DNA of 64,000 nucleotides from an uncultured Collinsella sp. (GCA_937942395.1 CALDEU010000060.1:34699-98698); one strand, 5' to 3'. Shown: positions 26,645 through 36,435, counted from the stretch's first letter. Numbers and translations are program-made. Notes: a model not told the origin generated them from the letters alone.

Positions 26645-27763
26645 GTGATTCGTGTGGCGGTAAAGATTGAGCGGTGCAACGAGCCGACAGGCGAACAGCT
26701 AGCGGCTTCCGCAATCCTAACAGGCGCCTCGGCGTTGCGCATGATTCGAGCCGAGCGTCGGCAGATGGGCTACATCGGCTGGAAGGACCTCAATCCCGAT
26801 GAAGAGCGCCGCGTGCTGTGTACGTCATCGCCTTCGACCGAGGATATCTATCTTCCCGACCTGGTGCGAATTGGAGCCAAAAGCGGCGAGGTGCAAGAAG
26901 ATCTGTGCTTGCTGGTGGGATCTGCGGCGCAGCGCCGACGCATGCCTGGCGTGGGCTGGTCCGTGTGTTCCGGGTTGCCTGTCGGCTCGATTCTAGAGGT
27001 GGAACCGGGGGTGTACAGCCTATCTCCCGAGGCCCTTTGTGTTGCCGTCGCCCGCGAGGTCGACTGTATCCAGGCGTTTGCACTGGCCCAGGAACTGTGT
27101 TCCAAGATTTCACTAAGCGATCGCGGGAAGTATCTGCCTCCCTACACCTCGCCTGTTGCGAATAGACTTGCAAAGGATAAGGACCAACCGGCAGACGTGG
27201 GCTACTTTGAAGTCGAGCCGGTGCTGACGCCCGATCGCCTGGCAGATTACCTTGCGGCATGCAAGGGGAGTGCGGCCAAACAACTGCTACGCCTGTGTCC
27301 CTACCTGTCAGAAAACCTGCGCTCACCCATGGAGTGCATCATGCTTGCCATGTTTTCGCTTCCGTTTTCCTATGGCGGATTTGCCTGCGGTCCCTTTAAG
27401 ACCGACTACAAGATCGAGTTCGATGACCGCGCGCAGGCAATCTCGGGGATGTCGCATGCAGTTTGCGATGCGTATCAGGAGGCAGCCCGGTTTGACCTGG
27501 AATACAACGGTGAGCTGGGCCATTCCTCCCGGAGGGGACGTATTCATGATGAAAAACGCAACACGGGCTTGATTACTATGGGAATCGAGGTCGCGACGGT
27601 CAACAACGAAATGCTCTGCGACATGGAAGCGATGGAAGCGCTCGCATGGCGCATTTACCAACGCATGGGTAAGCGATATCAGAATCGCGTAGAGGCGCGT
27701 CGAAAGAGGCAAGATGCTCTGCTGAATACGCTCCGAGCGTGCTTTGGGCTCAAGCCGGCGTAA
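26645..27763 (+). CDS. Hypothetical protein (372 aa) of unknown family. Start uncertain.
   Basis: Long ORF with coding-like codon usage and slightly lower GC than neighbours. No motif I can assign. Confidence 0.5.
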   Translation: MIRVAVKIERCNEPTGEQLAASAILTGASALRMIRAERRQMGYIGWKDLNPDEERRVLCTSSPSTEDIYLPDLVRIGAKSGEVQEDLCLLVGSAAQRRRMPGVGWSVCSGLPVGSILEVEPGVYSLSPEALCVAVAREVDCIQAFALAQELCSKISLSDRGKYLPPYTSPVANRLAKDKDQPADVGYFEVEPVLTPDRLADYLAACKGSAAKQLLRLCPYLSENLRSPMECIMLAMFSLPFSYGGFACGPFKTDYKIEFDDRAQAISGMSHAVCDAYQEAARFDLEYNGELGHSSRRGRIHDEKRNTGLITMGIEVATVNNEMLCDMEAMEALAWRIYQRMGKRYQNRVEARRKRQDALLNTLRACFGLKPA

Positions 27764-27810
27764 AACTATGGCTTTATAGGGGGTCTGTTTATATGCCCTG
27801 TGCAAAAAAC

Positions 27811-28003
27811 GGCAAATATGAGTATTGTTACTAGATTAGTAGCAGTAAAAACAAAGAAACTTGGGCCGAAAATTTGGATTCATTGAAGAGATAATAAACG
27901 AATGTGGAATATCTTGGCGCCAAGCAGGTTGTGCGGAACTCAAAAAGGGCTCGCGGGGCGGAAAAACGCTGCTACTAAATTGGTGACAGTACTCATATTT
28001 GCC
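27811..28003. mobile_element. MITE-like element, 193 bp, with 35-bp terminal inverted repeats GGCAAATATGAGTAYTGT...TTAGTAGCAG. No transposase.
   Basis: Left TIR 27811-27845 and right TIR 27969-28003 are reverse complements (about 5 mismatches). AT-rich core. A solo TIR is at 12033-12067. Confidence 0.55.
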
Positions 28004-28136
28004 GTAATTTGCACACGGCACCCTGAGGCGGGTGCCCCGGAGCTCCCCGTAGGGGAGCTCCGGGCTTCATGGGGGCACGAATGGTCCGCTCCGACCTGCA
28101 AAATCTGTGCTCACGGTGCGAATGACGCCCCTAACC

Positions 28137-28165
28137 TTAAACTTTAGCTTGAACTTAGCTATAAT
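28137..28165 (+). promoter_or_regulatory. Sigma70-like promoter: TTAAAC, 17-bp spacer, TATAAT. It drives a ~320-nt leader ahead of the SBP lipoprotein gene.
   Basis: Near-consensus -35/-10 with optimal spacing, seen directly. Confidence 0.45.
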
Positions 28166-28495
28166 GCGCTACGTTCCTGCCAGGCTGTGGTTGCGGACGG
28201 ACGAAATGTCCATCCTAGTCCAAGACAGACGCGGTCAAAGGGATCCACGTAAGCGACCGCGTGCGCGCGGCGCGATCATGGCGCGTCCTAGATGTAAGCC
28301 GCACCGTCCGTTCTACTTTCTTTGGGGCAATACCGCCTCGCGGGCGAGCGGGCCAGTCGTGAAGGTGGCTATGGCCTCCCGAGCAAACACCCCGGTGCGC
28401 AAGTGTGGGGTCAAATACCAGGTCAGCTGGTGGGAACACCCGTTATTCCGCGCAACGCACGGATTGTATACGACACAGAAGGCAGGGTAGTGGAC

Positions 28496-29506
28496 ATGGT
28501 GAGGGGCAGCTTGATGCACGCGGCTCGGTTAGGTGCTGGGACCGCGGCGGTCATTGCCGTATTGGGCTTGAGCGGATGCGCGTTCAATCCACTGTCCACG
28601 TTCACGACACCCACGATTGACCAGATCGAGCGCGAGACCGTTACCCCTACGGTGTCGGACGATGCCCTGGTCACTCCCGGCACCCTGACGGTTGCCCTCG
28701 ATACCTCCGATGCTCCGCAGGCCATGCAGGGCGCCGATGGTAACCTCACGGGCTACGCGGTCGACGCTGCCCGCGCCCTTGCAAGTCGCATGGGCCTCAA
28801 GGTTGCTTTCGTCGATGCGTCTTCTGCCGATTCCGCGCTTGGCGACAAAAAGGCCGACATCTTCATTGGCGACATCAATTCCACGGATGGTGACATCAGC
28901 ACGCTTGGTACTTGCCTGTACGACGCTGCGGCAGTGTTCGGAAAGACGAGCGATGGCGAGTCGCTGAGCGTTTCCACCGAAACGCTTAACACCGCTACCC
29001 TGGGCGTTCAGACCTCTTCGGCCTCGCAGGAAGCGCTCGCCAAGCAGAGCATCACGGCCAATCAAAAGACCTTCTCCAACATCAACGAGTGCTTTGAGGC
29101 GCTCGAGTCCGGCGAGATCGACTACGTGATTTGCGACTCCACGGCCGGCGGCTACCTTGCGCGCCTGATGAGCCAGATCTCTTACGTCGGCGCGCTCGAG
29201 ACGCCCTCGACGCTCGGCGTCGCGGGCCTCGCGGCCAACGATGAGCTATGCCGTGCCGTGAGCGATGCCCTCGACGGTATCACGGTCGATGGCACGCTCG
29301 AGGCGGTCCACTCCGTCTGGTACGGCACGATGCCCTATGACCTCACCACCAAGACGGTCTCGGGCGCCGACGTACAGTCGACCGACACCGGATCCAGTGA
29401 GTCCGCATCCTCCGATTCGAACAGCGAGGGTACAACCTCCGAGGATAAATCGTCCAGCCAGGAGGGCACTATCACCGACGACGACATTAACAAGCTCAAT
29501 AGCTAG
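28496..29506 (+). CDS. Orphan periplasmic-type solute-binding lipoprotein (SBP family 3-like) with a Ser/Thr/Asp-rich C-terminal tail.
   Basis: Signal peptide plus lipobox LSGC. SBP_bac_3-like core (TLTVALDTSDAPQ...ADIFIGDI). No adjacent permease or ATPase. Confidence 0.7.
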   Translation: MVRGSLMHAARLGAGTAAVIAVLGLSGCAFNPLSTFTTPTIDQIERETVTPTVSDDALVTPGTLTVALDTSDAPQAMQGADGNLTGYAVDAARALASRMGLKVAFVDASSADSALGDKKADIFIGDINSTDGDISTLGTCLYDAAAVFGKTSDGESLSVSTETLNTATLGVQTSSASQEALAKQSITANQKTFSNINECFEALESGEIDYVICDSTAGGYLARLMSQISYVGALETPSTLGVAGLAANDELCRAVSDALDGITVDGTLEAVHSVWYGTMPYDLTTKTVSGADVQSTDTGSSESASSDSNSEGTTSEDKSSSQEGTITDDDINKLNS

Positions 29507-29823
29507 TTATTGCTAGGGGTGGCGTCTCCTATGCGCTAGGAGAGACGCCTCTTCACGGTTTCAACACGCATTGCCGGGCTTTCCCAACAGGGGAGCCCGG
29601 CTTTTTCGTTTCCATAAAACCAGCAGGTCAAAGACATTTTTTAGGTGCAAAACCAAAGTCGCCGTTGCCCTCCCATAGCGCACTTTGCCACAGAAAAGTG
29701 CGAGACTTCGGTATGCGGTATCAAGCAATCGTTATTCGGGTCTTTGGGAATCCGCGTGATTAAATGCACGGCAATGGGTACATAGCCAGTACAGTAAGTC
29801 CCCGAGGCAGATTGGAGCCACGT

Positions 29824-30408
29824 ATGGATATCAAGGTTTCTGGACGCAAAACGACGGTAACCGATGCTCTGCGTGCGCATGTGGATGAGAAGATCGGCGA
29901 GGCGCTCAAGGTTTTCGATATCGAGCCCATGACGGTCGACGTTGTGCTTCGTTATGAGAAGAACCCCTCGAACCCCAACCCGGCAATCGTTGAGGTCACG
30001 GTTCGTGTCCGCGGTTCTGTGATTCGTGTTGCCGAGCACGGTGCAGATATGTACGCCGCCATCGATCTCTCCGCCGATAAGGTCACCCGCCAGCTGCGCA
30101 AGTTCAAGACCAAGGTCGTGGATAACCGCCAGGGTGGTGCCAGCGCCGCGGATGTTGCGCCGGTCGAGCGCGTCGAGGATCTGGCTGACCTGCTGCTGCC
30201 CGAGGAGGAGGACGACCTGCTCGTCCGCGAGAAGGTCATCGATGTCACCCCGATGACTGAGGAGCAGGCGCTGGTGCAGACCGATCTGCTGGGCCACGAC
30301 TTCTACGTGTTCGAGAACGCGACGACCGGTCTCATCAATGTGGTGTATCACCGTAAGAATGGTGGATATGGCATCATCAAGCCCCGCATCGAAACACTTG
30401 ACGAGTAA
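29824..30408 (+). CDS. hpf: Ribosome hibernation-promoting factor, long form.
   Basis: N-terminal sigma-54-modulation/RaiA domain (MDIKVSGRK...) and C-terminal dimerisation domain. Confidence 0.9.
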   Translation: MDIKVSGRKTTVTDALRAHVDEKIGEALKVFDIEPMTVDVVLRYEKNPSNPNPAIVEVTVRVRGSVIRVAEHGADMYAAIDLSADKVTRQLRKFKTKVVDNRQGGASAADVAPVERVEDLADLLLPEEEDDLLVREKVIDVTPMTEEQALVQTDLLGHDFYVFENATTGLINVVYHRKNGGYGIIKPRIETLDE

Positions 30409-30485
30409 AATACGTTAACTTGCATGAGTTAACGGCCGGCGGTCATCCCATGCGGATGGCCGCCTTTTTTACGTAAGGAGTCGCT

Positions 30486-31442
30486 TTGATGGACAAGGCT
30501 GCATCTACCGGCCATTCTGACCGCTGCCGCATCGTCGTCGATACCTGCTGCGACTTTAGCCCCGAGGTCGCCGCGAACCTCGATGTCGATATCTTGGGCT
30601 TCCCCTTTATCATCGATGGCGAGGAGCGCACGGACGATATCTGGTCGAGCATGAGCCCCAAGGAGTTCTACGACCGTATGCGCGCCGGCGCTCGCGTGTC
30701 TACCTCCGCCGTGTCGCTCGGTCGCTATATCGAGTTCTTTACCGAGTGCGCCAAAGAGGGCACGCCCACGGTCTACCTGTGCTTTACCTCGGCGCTGTCG
30801 TCGAGCTACAACTCCGCGTGCCAGGCGGCAGATGCCGTGCGCGCCGAGTATCCCAACTTTGAGCTCTATGTGGTCGACAACGCTCTACCCTGTGCGACCG
30901 GCGCACTTTTGGCGCTCGAGGCCGTGCGCCAGCGTTCGGCGGGGCTGACCGCCAAGCAACTGGTCGATTGGGCAAACGAGGCGAAGACCTACGTCCACGG
31001 CTACTTTACGCTCGAGAGCTTTGACGCGCTGGCTGCCGGCGGCCGCATTCCGCCCGCGGCGGCGCAGCTCACGGCAAAGCTCGATGTCAAGCCCGAGCTC
31101 TCCTACGACCTTGCCGGCTCGCTGTCGCTGATCGGCGTCAACCGCGGCCGCAAGAAGGCGCTCAAGTCCATCCTCAAGTCGTTCCGCGAGAACTATGTGC
31201 CCGACCGCACCATGCCCATCGCCATCATGACGGCCGATGCCGAAAAGGATGGTGACTGGCTCGAAGCCGCCATCCGCAAGGAGGAGGGTTGCGCCGACGT
31301 CACGATCATTCGCGGCTCCGTGGGTCCCACCATCGGCTCGCACGTGGGCCCCGGCATGGTGGGCTGCGCGTTTTGGGGTAAGAACCGCGCCGACAAGGCG
31401 TCGCTTTCCGACCGTATCGCCCGCCGCGTGCGCGGTCAGTAG
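30486..31442 (+). CDS. DegV-family fatty-acid-binding protein.
   Basis: 318 aa with DegV N-terminal motifs (IVVDTCCDF...). Confidence 0.85.
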   Translation: MMDKAASTGHSDRCRIVVDTCCDFSPEVAANLDVDILGFPFIIDGEERTDDIWSSMSPKEFYDRMRAGARVSTSAVSLGRYIEFFTECAKEGTPTVYLCFTSALSSSYNSACQAADAVRAEYPNFELYVVDNALPCATGALLALEAVRQRSAGLTAKQLVDWANEAKTYVHGYFTLESFDALAAGGRIPPAAAQLTAKLDVKPELSYDLAGSLSLIGVNRGRKKALKSILKSFRENYVPDRTMPIAIMTADAEKDGDWLEAAIRKEEGCADVTIIRGSVGPTIGSHVGPGMVGCAFWGKNRADKASLSDRIARRVRGQ

Positions 31443-31540
31443 GCAAGCGCTGCGTCCGTTATCGCCCTCGACTCACAGCCCAAACGCTGGCACCGAGTAT
31501 TCAACCTGGTAACAACACCCAACCCAAAAGGAAAGGTTTC

Positions 31541-32620
31541 ATGGCAAACAAGCTCTCCGTCGCATTCATTGGCACCGGAATCATGGGTGCCCCCATCGCC
31601 GGCCACATCCTGGATGCCGGCTATCCCGTCACGGTTAACAACCGCACCAAGTCCAAGGCTGCGGCGCTTATCGAGCGCGGCGCCGTCTGGGCAGATACGC
31701 CGGCCGATGCCGCGGCGAACGCCGATGTCGTCTTTACCATGGTGGGCTATCCCTCCGAGGTCGAGGAACTCTACCTGGCGGGCGACGGCCTGCTCGCGTG
31801 CACCAAGCCGGGTGCGGTCTTGATCGACCTCACCACGAGCTCGCCCGAGCTTGCCCGTGACATTGCCGAGGCCGCCCAGGTTTCTGGTCGCATGGCGTTT
31901 GACTGCCCCGTCACCGGCGGCGAGTCGGGCGCTATCGCCGGTACGCTCACGGCTATCGTGGGCGCTACCGAGAACGACATCGCGCCGGTCCGCGACATCC
32001 TTGCCACCTTTGCGGCCAACATCTGCTGCTTCGACGGCGCCGGCAAGGGTCAGGCTGCCAAGCTCGCCAACCAGGTGTCGCTGGGCGCCTGCATGGTCGG
32101 CATGGCAGACGCCATGGCGTTTGCCGAGCTGAGCGGCCTTGACCTGGAGAAGACCCGTCAGATGATTCTGGGCGGTACCGGCAAGTCCGGTGCCATGGAG
32201 AGCCTGGCGCCCAAGGCGCTCGACGGCGACTACAAGCCCGGCTTTATGGTCGAGCACTTCATTAAGGACCTGCGCTTGGCGCTCGCCTACGCCGATGACC
32301 GCGAGCTCGCGCTGCCCGGCGCCGACGTCGCCTTTACGCTTTACGACATGCTCGATGCCATCGGTGGCGCCAAGCTGGGCACCCAGGCCGTCACGGTCCT
32401 CTATAAGGAGGAGGCCGATGCCATCGCCACCGGTCTGGACTGGTCGCAGTATCGTCCCGAGGAGCACGGTGCTCACGAGGAAGGCTGCGGTTGCGGCGAG
32501 CATGGCGACGACCACGAGTGCGGTTGTGGACACCACCATGGCGAGGACCACGAGTGCTGCGGCGGTCACGGTCATGACGACGGCCACGAGTGCTGCTGCG
32601 GCCACCATCACGGGGAGTAG
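31541..32620 (+). CDS. NAD(P)-binding beta-hydroxyacid dehydrogenase (HIBADH / tartronate-semialdehyde reductase family) fused to a ~55-aa His/Cys-rich C-terminal tail.
   Basis: Rossmann motif AFIGTGIMG and catalytic-Lys region of the 6PGDH-NAD-binding family. Tail: HECGCGHHHGEDHECCGGHGHDDGHECCCGHHHGE. Confidence 0.8.
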   Translation: MANKLSVAFIGTGIMGAPIAGHILDAGYPVTVNNRTKSKAAALIERGAVWADTPADAAANADVVFTMVGYPSEVEELYLAGDGLLACTKPGAVLIDLTTSSPELARDIAEAAQVSGRMAFDCPVTGGESGAIAGTLTAIVGATENDIAPVRDILATFAANICCFDGAGKGQAAKLANQVSLGACMVGMADAMAFAELSGLDLEKTRQMILGGTGKSGAMESLAPKALDGDYKPGFMVEHFIKDLRLALAYADDRELALPGADVAFTLYDMLDAIGGAKLGTQAVTVLYKEEADAIATGLDWSQYRPEEHGAHEEGCGCGEHGDDHECGCGHHHGEDHECCGGHGHDDGHECCCGHHHGE

Positions 32621-32625
32621 CGCCC

Positions 32626-33054
32626 ATGAGCTGGACGTTCGTGGTGCTTGCGCTGGCGCTCTTTCTCTTCGCGATCTACATCGGCTTTTTGTGCGGCCAG
32701 TGGGCGTGCGAAAAGCGCGTCATCACCAAGCGCGACTACTGGATTGCCAACTTTGCGGGAGCTGCGGCAGTCGTCCTGCTGACCTGGGTGTTCTCGCTGT
32801 TCCCGCTGGTGCAGTTTGCGCCGATCGGCTGGCTCGGCGGCTTTATCGCCGGCCTTAAGATGAGCTTTGGCGAGTCCGTCGGTCCGTGGCGCAAGCACGA
32901 CGAGGTCTTTAACGTCAACAAGGCACACCGCGCCGCCGCCGACGCGGGCGATGCCGAGGAACGCCGCCGTGCGCGTCGTAATGGCGCTGCCGACCGACAG
33001 CTCATCTCGGTCACCGATGACAGCAAGGGTGCTGGCAAGCACGCTAAGAAATAG
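32626..33054 (+). CDS. Small membrane protein (2 TM) with a basic C-terminal region.
   Basis: Hydrophobic helices and coding-like codon usage. Overlaps the stop of the upstream gene. Confidence 0.5.
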   Translation: MSWTFVVLALALFLFAIYIGFLCGQWACEKRVITKRDYWIANFAGAAAVVLLTWVFSLFPLVQFAPIGWLGGFIAGLKMSFGESVGPWRKHDEVFNVNKAHRAAADAGDAEERRRARRNGAADRQLISVTDDSKGAGKHAKK

Positions 33055-33069
33055 TAAAAAGAGGTAACT

Positions 33070-33768
33070 ATGGCAGAAAACAAAGACGAACAGCTCACCG
33101 ACGAGGAGCTGGCACAGCTTCAGCTGGCAGAGGAGAACGAGAACGCCGTCGACCGCCTGGTTCAGGAGCTCGGCTGCCCCACGCGCCGCATCCGCCAGTT
33201 TGCCGCCCGCGTGCTGCACCTGCTCGCCGAGCGCGATCCGCAGCGCGTCGTACCCTGCGTCCCCGCGCTGATCGAGGCGCTCGACCGCCCCGAGGCTCAG
33301 ACCCGCTGGGAGGCCCTCGATGCCCTGACGGCGCTTGCCACCACCTGTCCCGAGCAGCTGGGCGATGCCTTTGAAGGCGCCGAGACCGCGCTGTTCGACG
33401 AGATTTCCTCCACGCTGCGCTATGCCGCCTTCCGCCTGCTGTGCGTGTGGGGCGCCACGAGTGTCGAGCGTTCGCGCGAGGCTTGGCCCATCCTGGACGA
33501 GGCCATTCAGTGCTACCACGGCGACCTCGAGTATCGCGACATGCTCGGTTGCCTGTACGAGTTTGGCCAGGGCGAGATCGACGCCGAGGTCGCCGAGAAG
33601 CTCGCGCTGCGCCTTAAGTTCGATGCCGAGAACGGCAAGGGCAGCTATCTCAAAGCCCGTTCGAGCGAGATTTGCGAAATGCTTGTTAAACGCTTTGATC
33701 TTGATCTCTCCAAAAAGAAGAAGCGTGCTAGCGTTAAAAAATCTGACGACGCCGAAAACGAGGAGTAA
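33070..33768 (+). CDS. HEAT/PBS-lyase-like repeat protein. Hypothetical.
   Basis: Repeated helical-hairpin units typical of HEAT repeats (RIRQFAARVLHLLAERDPQRVVPCVPALIEAL). Confidence 0.55.
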   Translation: MAENKDEQLTDEELAQLQLAEENENAVDRLVQELGCPTRRIRQFAARVLHLLAERDPQRVVPCVPALIEALDRPEAQTRWEALDALTALATTCPEQLGDAFEGAETALFDEISSTLRYAAFRLLCVWGATSVERSREAWPILDEAIQCYHGDLEYRDMLGCLYEFGQGEIDAEVAEKLALRLKFDAENGKGSYLKARSSEICEMLVKRFDLDLSKKKKRASVKKSDDAENEE

Positions 33769-33774
33769 CAGATT

Positions 33775-34860
33775 ATGGCGCACGATGTAGTCCTGATTCC
33801 CGGTGACGGTATCGGTCCCGAGATTACGCAGGCCATGCGCCGCGTGGTCGAGGCCACCGGTGTCCAGATCAATTGGAATGTCCAGGAGGCCGGTGCCGGC
33901 GTCATGGACGAGTTTGGCACGCCACTGCCCCAGCACGTGCTCGATGCGGTCGCCGAGACCAAGGTTGCCATCAAGGGTCCCATCACCACGCCGGTCGGCA
34001 CGGGTTTCCGCAGCGTTAACGTCGCCCTGCGTAAGCACTTCGACCTGTACGCCTGCGTGCGCCCCTGCCTGTCGCAGCCGGGCGACGGCTCGCGTTTCCG
34101 CGACGTCGACCTGGTCATCGTGCGCGAGAATACCGAGGACCTCTACGCCGGCATCGAGTTCGATGAGGGGGCTGCCGAGGTCGAGGAGCTCTCGCAGCTT
34201 GTCGAGCGGTCGGGTCAGAAGACCTTCGCCGCCGATTCCGCCATCTCGATCAAGCCGATCTCCATCGCCAAGAGCCGCCGTATTGTGGAGTACGCCTTTG
34301 AGTACGCCCGCCGTTGCGGCCGCAAAAAGGTGACGGCCGTACACAAGGCAAACATCATGAAAGCGACTGACGGCCTGTTCCTGCGCGTTGCGCGCGAGGT
34401 GGCCGCCAACTATCCCGATATCGAGTTCAACGACAAGATCGTCGACGCCACCTGCATGGGCCTGGTCCAAAACCCCAACGACTTCGATGTCTTGGTGCTG
34501 CCCAACCTGTACGGCGACATCGTGAGCGACCTGTGCGCCGGCCTGGTGGGTGGCTTAGGGATGGCCCCCGGCTCCAACATCGGTGCCGATTGCGCCATCT
34601 TCGAGGCAACGCACGGCTCAGCGCCCGATATCGCTGGCCAGGATATCGCCAACCCCACGGCCGAGATTCTCTCTGCTGCGATGATGCTCGATCACCTGGG
34701 CGAGAACGACGCTGCCAATCGCATTCGCGCCGCCGTATCTGCCACGCTCGACGAGGGCGAGCAGGTTACCGGTGACGTGCGCCGTGCCCAGACCGGCTCC
34801 GTCGAGGGCGCCGTGGGCACGCAGGCCTTTGCCGATGCCGTTATCGCGCACCTGGCCTAA
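33775..34860 (+). CDS. Isocitrate/isopropylmalate dehydrogenase-family NAD-dependent decarboxylating dehydrogenase.
   Basis: 361 aa. N-terminal [11 protein letters not shown] and the family's metal-binding Asp motifs. Confidence 0.85.
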   Translation: MAHDVVLIPGDGIGPEITQAMRRVVEATGVQINWNVQEAGAGVMDEFGTPLPQHVLDAVAETKVAIKGPITTPVGTGFRSVNVALRKHFDLYACVRPCLSQPGDGSRFRDVDLVIVRENTEDLYAGIEFDEGAAEVEELSQLVERSGQKTFAADSAISIKPISIAKSRRIVEYAFEYARRCGRKKVTAVHKANIMKATDGLFLRVAREVAANYPDIEFNDKIVDATCMGLVQNPNDFDVLVLPNLYGDIVSDLCAGLVGGLGMAPGSNIGADCAIFEATHGSAPDIAGQDIANPTAEILSAAMMLDHLGENDAANRIRAAVSATLDEGEQVTGDVRRAQTGSVEGAVGTQAFADAVIAHLA

Positions 34861-34986
34861 GGTAGGCACGCTGCAAACGCCTAAATAGTACTTAAGTGTT
34901 TGCGTATAACCTAAGAATCAATACGCCCGGCGCTCTGTCGGGCGTATTCTATTGAGGACTATGTTTCCTAACAAGGAGTAACCGAT

Positions 34987-36081
34987 ATGGGTCTGATTCA
35001 AAAGAAGGACGAGAAGGACGAGATCGACGGCATCCAGATCATCGAGCGCGGCGAAGGCCCCGACGGTGACGAGGACGAGAAGATCGATCTGGTCGCCGGT
35101 ACGTCTGCCGAGCACATTGCCGCCGGCACGACGGCCGAGGAGGAGGACGCCCGACTGGAGGCTCAGATTGCCGCGGATGCCGCTGACGAGAATCTGATGC
35201 CCGAGGCCCAGGATGAGGACGACGATATCCTGGGTTCCGATGAAGACGATCGCGTATCCAAGCACAAGAAGACGATGATCGCCGCCTTTGTGGTTGCAAT
35301 CGTGATCGCTGCCGTGGTCGGCTTCTTTATCGGCAACGGTGGTTTTGGCGGCAAGGGTGTTGGCTCGGCGACCCTCACCGAGGACCAGCTCGATTCGACC
35401 GTGGCAAGCTATAGCTACAACGGCAAGAAGAGCGACATCACCGCGCGCGAGGCCATCGAGAGCCAGTACAGCCTCGACACCGTCAAGGACGACGATGGCA
35501 ACTACACCGCTCCCTCTGCCGACGTCATCCTGTCCTACGTGCGCAACAAGATCCTGCTCGATGCTGCCGAGGACGAGGGCATTACCGTCTCTTCCAAGGA
35601 GATGAAGCAGTACGCCGAGGATTCCATCGGCACTTCTGACTACAAGACCATGGCCACGCAGTATGGCGTGTCCAAGGACCAGGCCAAGCAGATCGTCCGC
35701 CAGTCCGCGACGCTGCAGAAGCTCTACAAGAAGAAGGTGGGCGATAGCTCCGCAAGCATGCCGACCGCTCCGACCGAGCCTTCTGACGGCAATGAGGACA
35801 CCGCGAGCAAGGATTACGCCGACTACATCATCAACCTTGCCGGCGACGAGTGGGATAGCGAGAAGGGCACTTGGAAGGACGCCGACAGCACCTACGCTAA
35901 GGCCTTTGCCGACGATGCCTTTACGGCCGATAGCGCCACCTATAAGCAGGCCATGACTGCCTACTACACTGCTTACCAGCAGTACTCTTCGCAGGCTTCG
36001 AGCGCCAGCTCCAAGTGGACCGAGTATGCTAACGGCCTCTACGCCAAGGCCAACATCAGCATCTACGGCCTGTTTGCGTAA
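34987..36081 (+). CDS. Hypothetical membrane-anchored protein: acidic cytoplasmic N-terminus, one TM, extracytoplasmic domain.
   Basis: Hydrophobic segment MIAAFVVAIVIAAVVGFFIG. No recognisable family. Confidence 0.55.
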   Translation: MGLIQKKDEKDEIDGIQIIERGEGPDGDEDEKIDLVAGTSAEHIAAGTTAEEEDARLEAQIAADAADENLMPEAQDEDDDILGSDEDDRVSKHKKTMIAAFVVAIVIAAVVGFFIGNGGFGGKGVGSATLTEDQLDSTVASYSYNGKKSDITAREAIESQYSLDTVKDDDGNYTAPSADVILSYVRNKILLDAAEDEGITVSSKEMKQYAEDSIGTSDYKTMATQYGVSKDQAKQIVRQSATLQKLYKKKVGDSSASMPTAPTEPSDGNEDTASKDYADYIINLAGDEWDSEKGTWKDADSTYAKAFADDAFTADSATYKQAMTAYYTAYQQYSSQASSASSKWTEYANGLYAKANISIYGLFA

Positions 36082-36195
36082 AGAGTCGCACGGCTCATCG
36101 AGCATCTAGCCGATAGACAGCAGAAAGTCCGCCAGTACGGAAGTCGTTCTGGCGGACTTTTTGCGTTGAGGGCGTGATTGGCGGCTTAATTATGG

Positions 36196-36435
36196 CTATT
36201 CATCTTTAAGTCCAAAAAGGCTATCGGCTTCATCGTCGGATATATATTCCAGTACATCGCCCGGTTGGCAGTCGAGTGCCCGACATATCGCGTCAAGAGT
36301 TGAAAAACGTATGGCAGAAACCTTGCCCGTCTTAATGCGTGACATATTGACCTGGGAGATGCCCACGCGTTCCGCAAGCTCTTTGGATGAGATCTTGCGT
36401 TCGGCGAGCATGCGGTCAAGCCGCAGAATAATCAT
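36196..36435 (-). CDS. XRE-family HTH transcriptional regulator (YozG-like).
   Basis: 79 aa; LAERVGISQVNMSRIKTGK HTH motif. Confidence 0.85.
   Translation of the reverse strand: MIILRLDRMLAERKISSKELAERVGISQVNMSRIKTGKVSAIRFSTLDAICRALDCQPGDVLEYISDDEADSLFGLKDE

Noticed and set aside
27902-28147. 81-aa ORF inside and extending from the MITE-like element; 127-aa ORF 28107-28490 in the SBP leader.
   Set aside because: No RBS and poor codon usage. They span TIR, promoter and hairpin sequences, so most likely non-coding.
28166-28495. Assignment of the SBP leader to a known riboswitch, or to SRP/RNase P/tmRNA.
   Set aside because: No convincing match by eye to conserved cores of those RNAs. It is kept only as an unclassified candidate leader.
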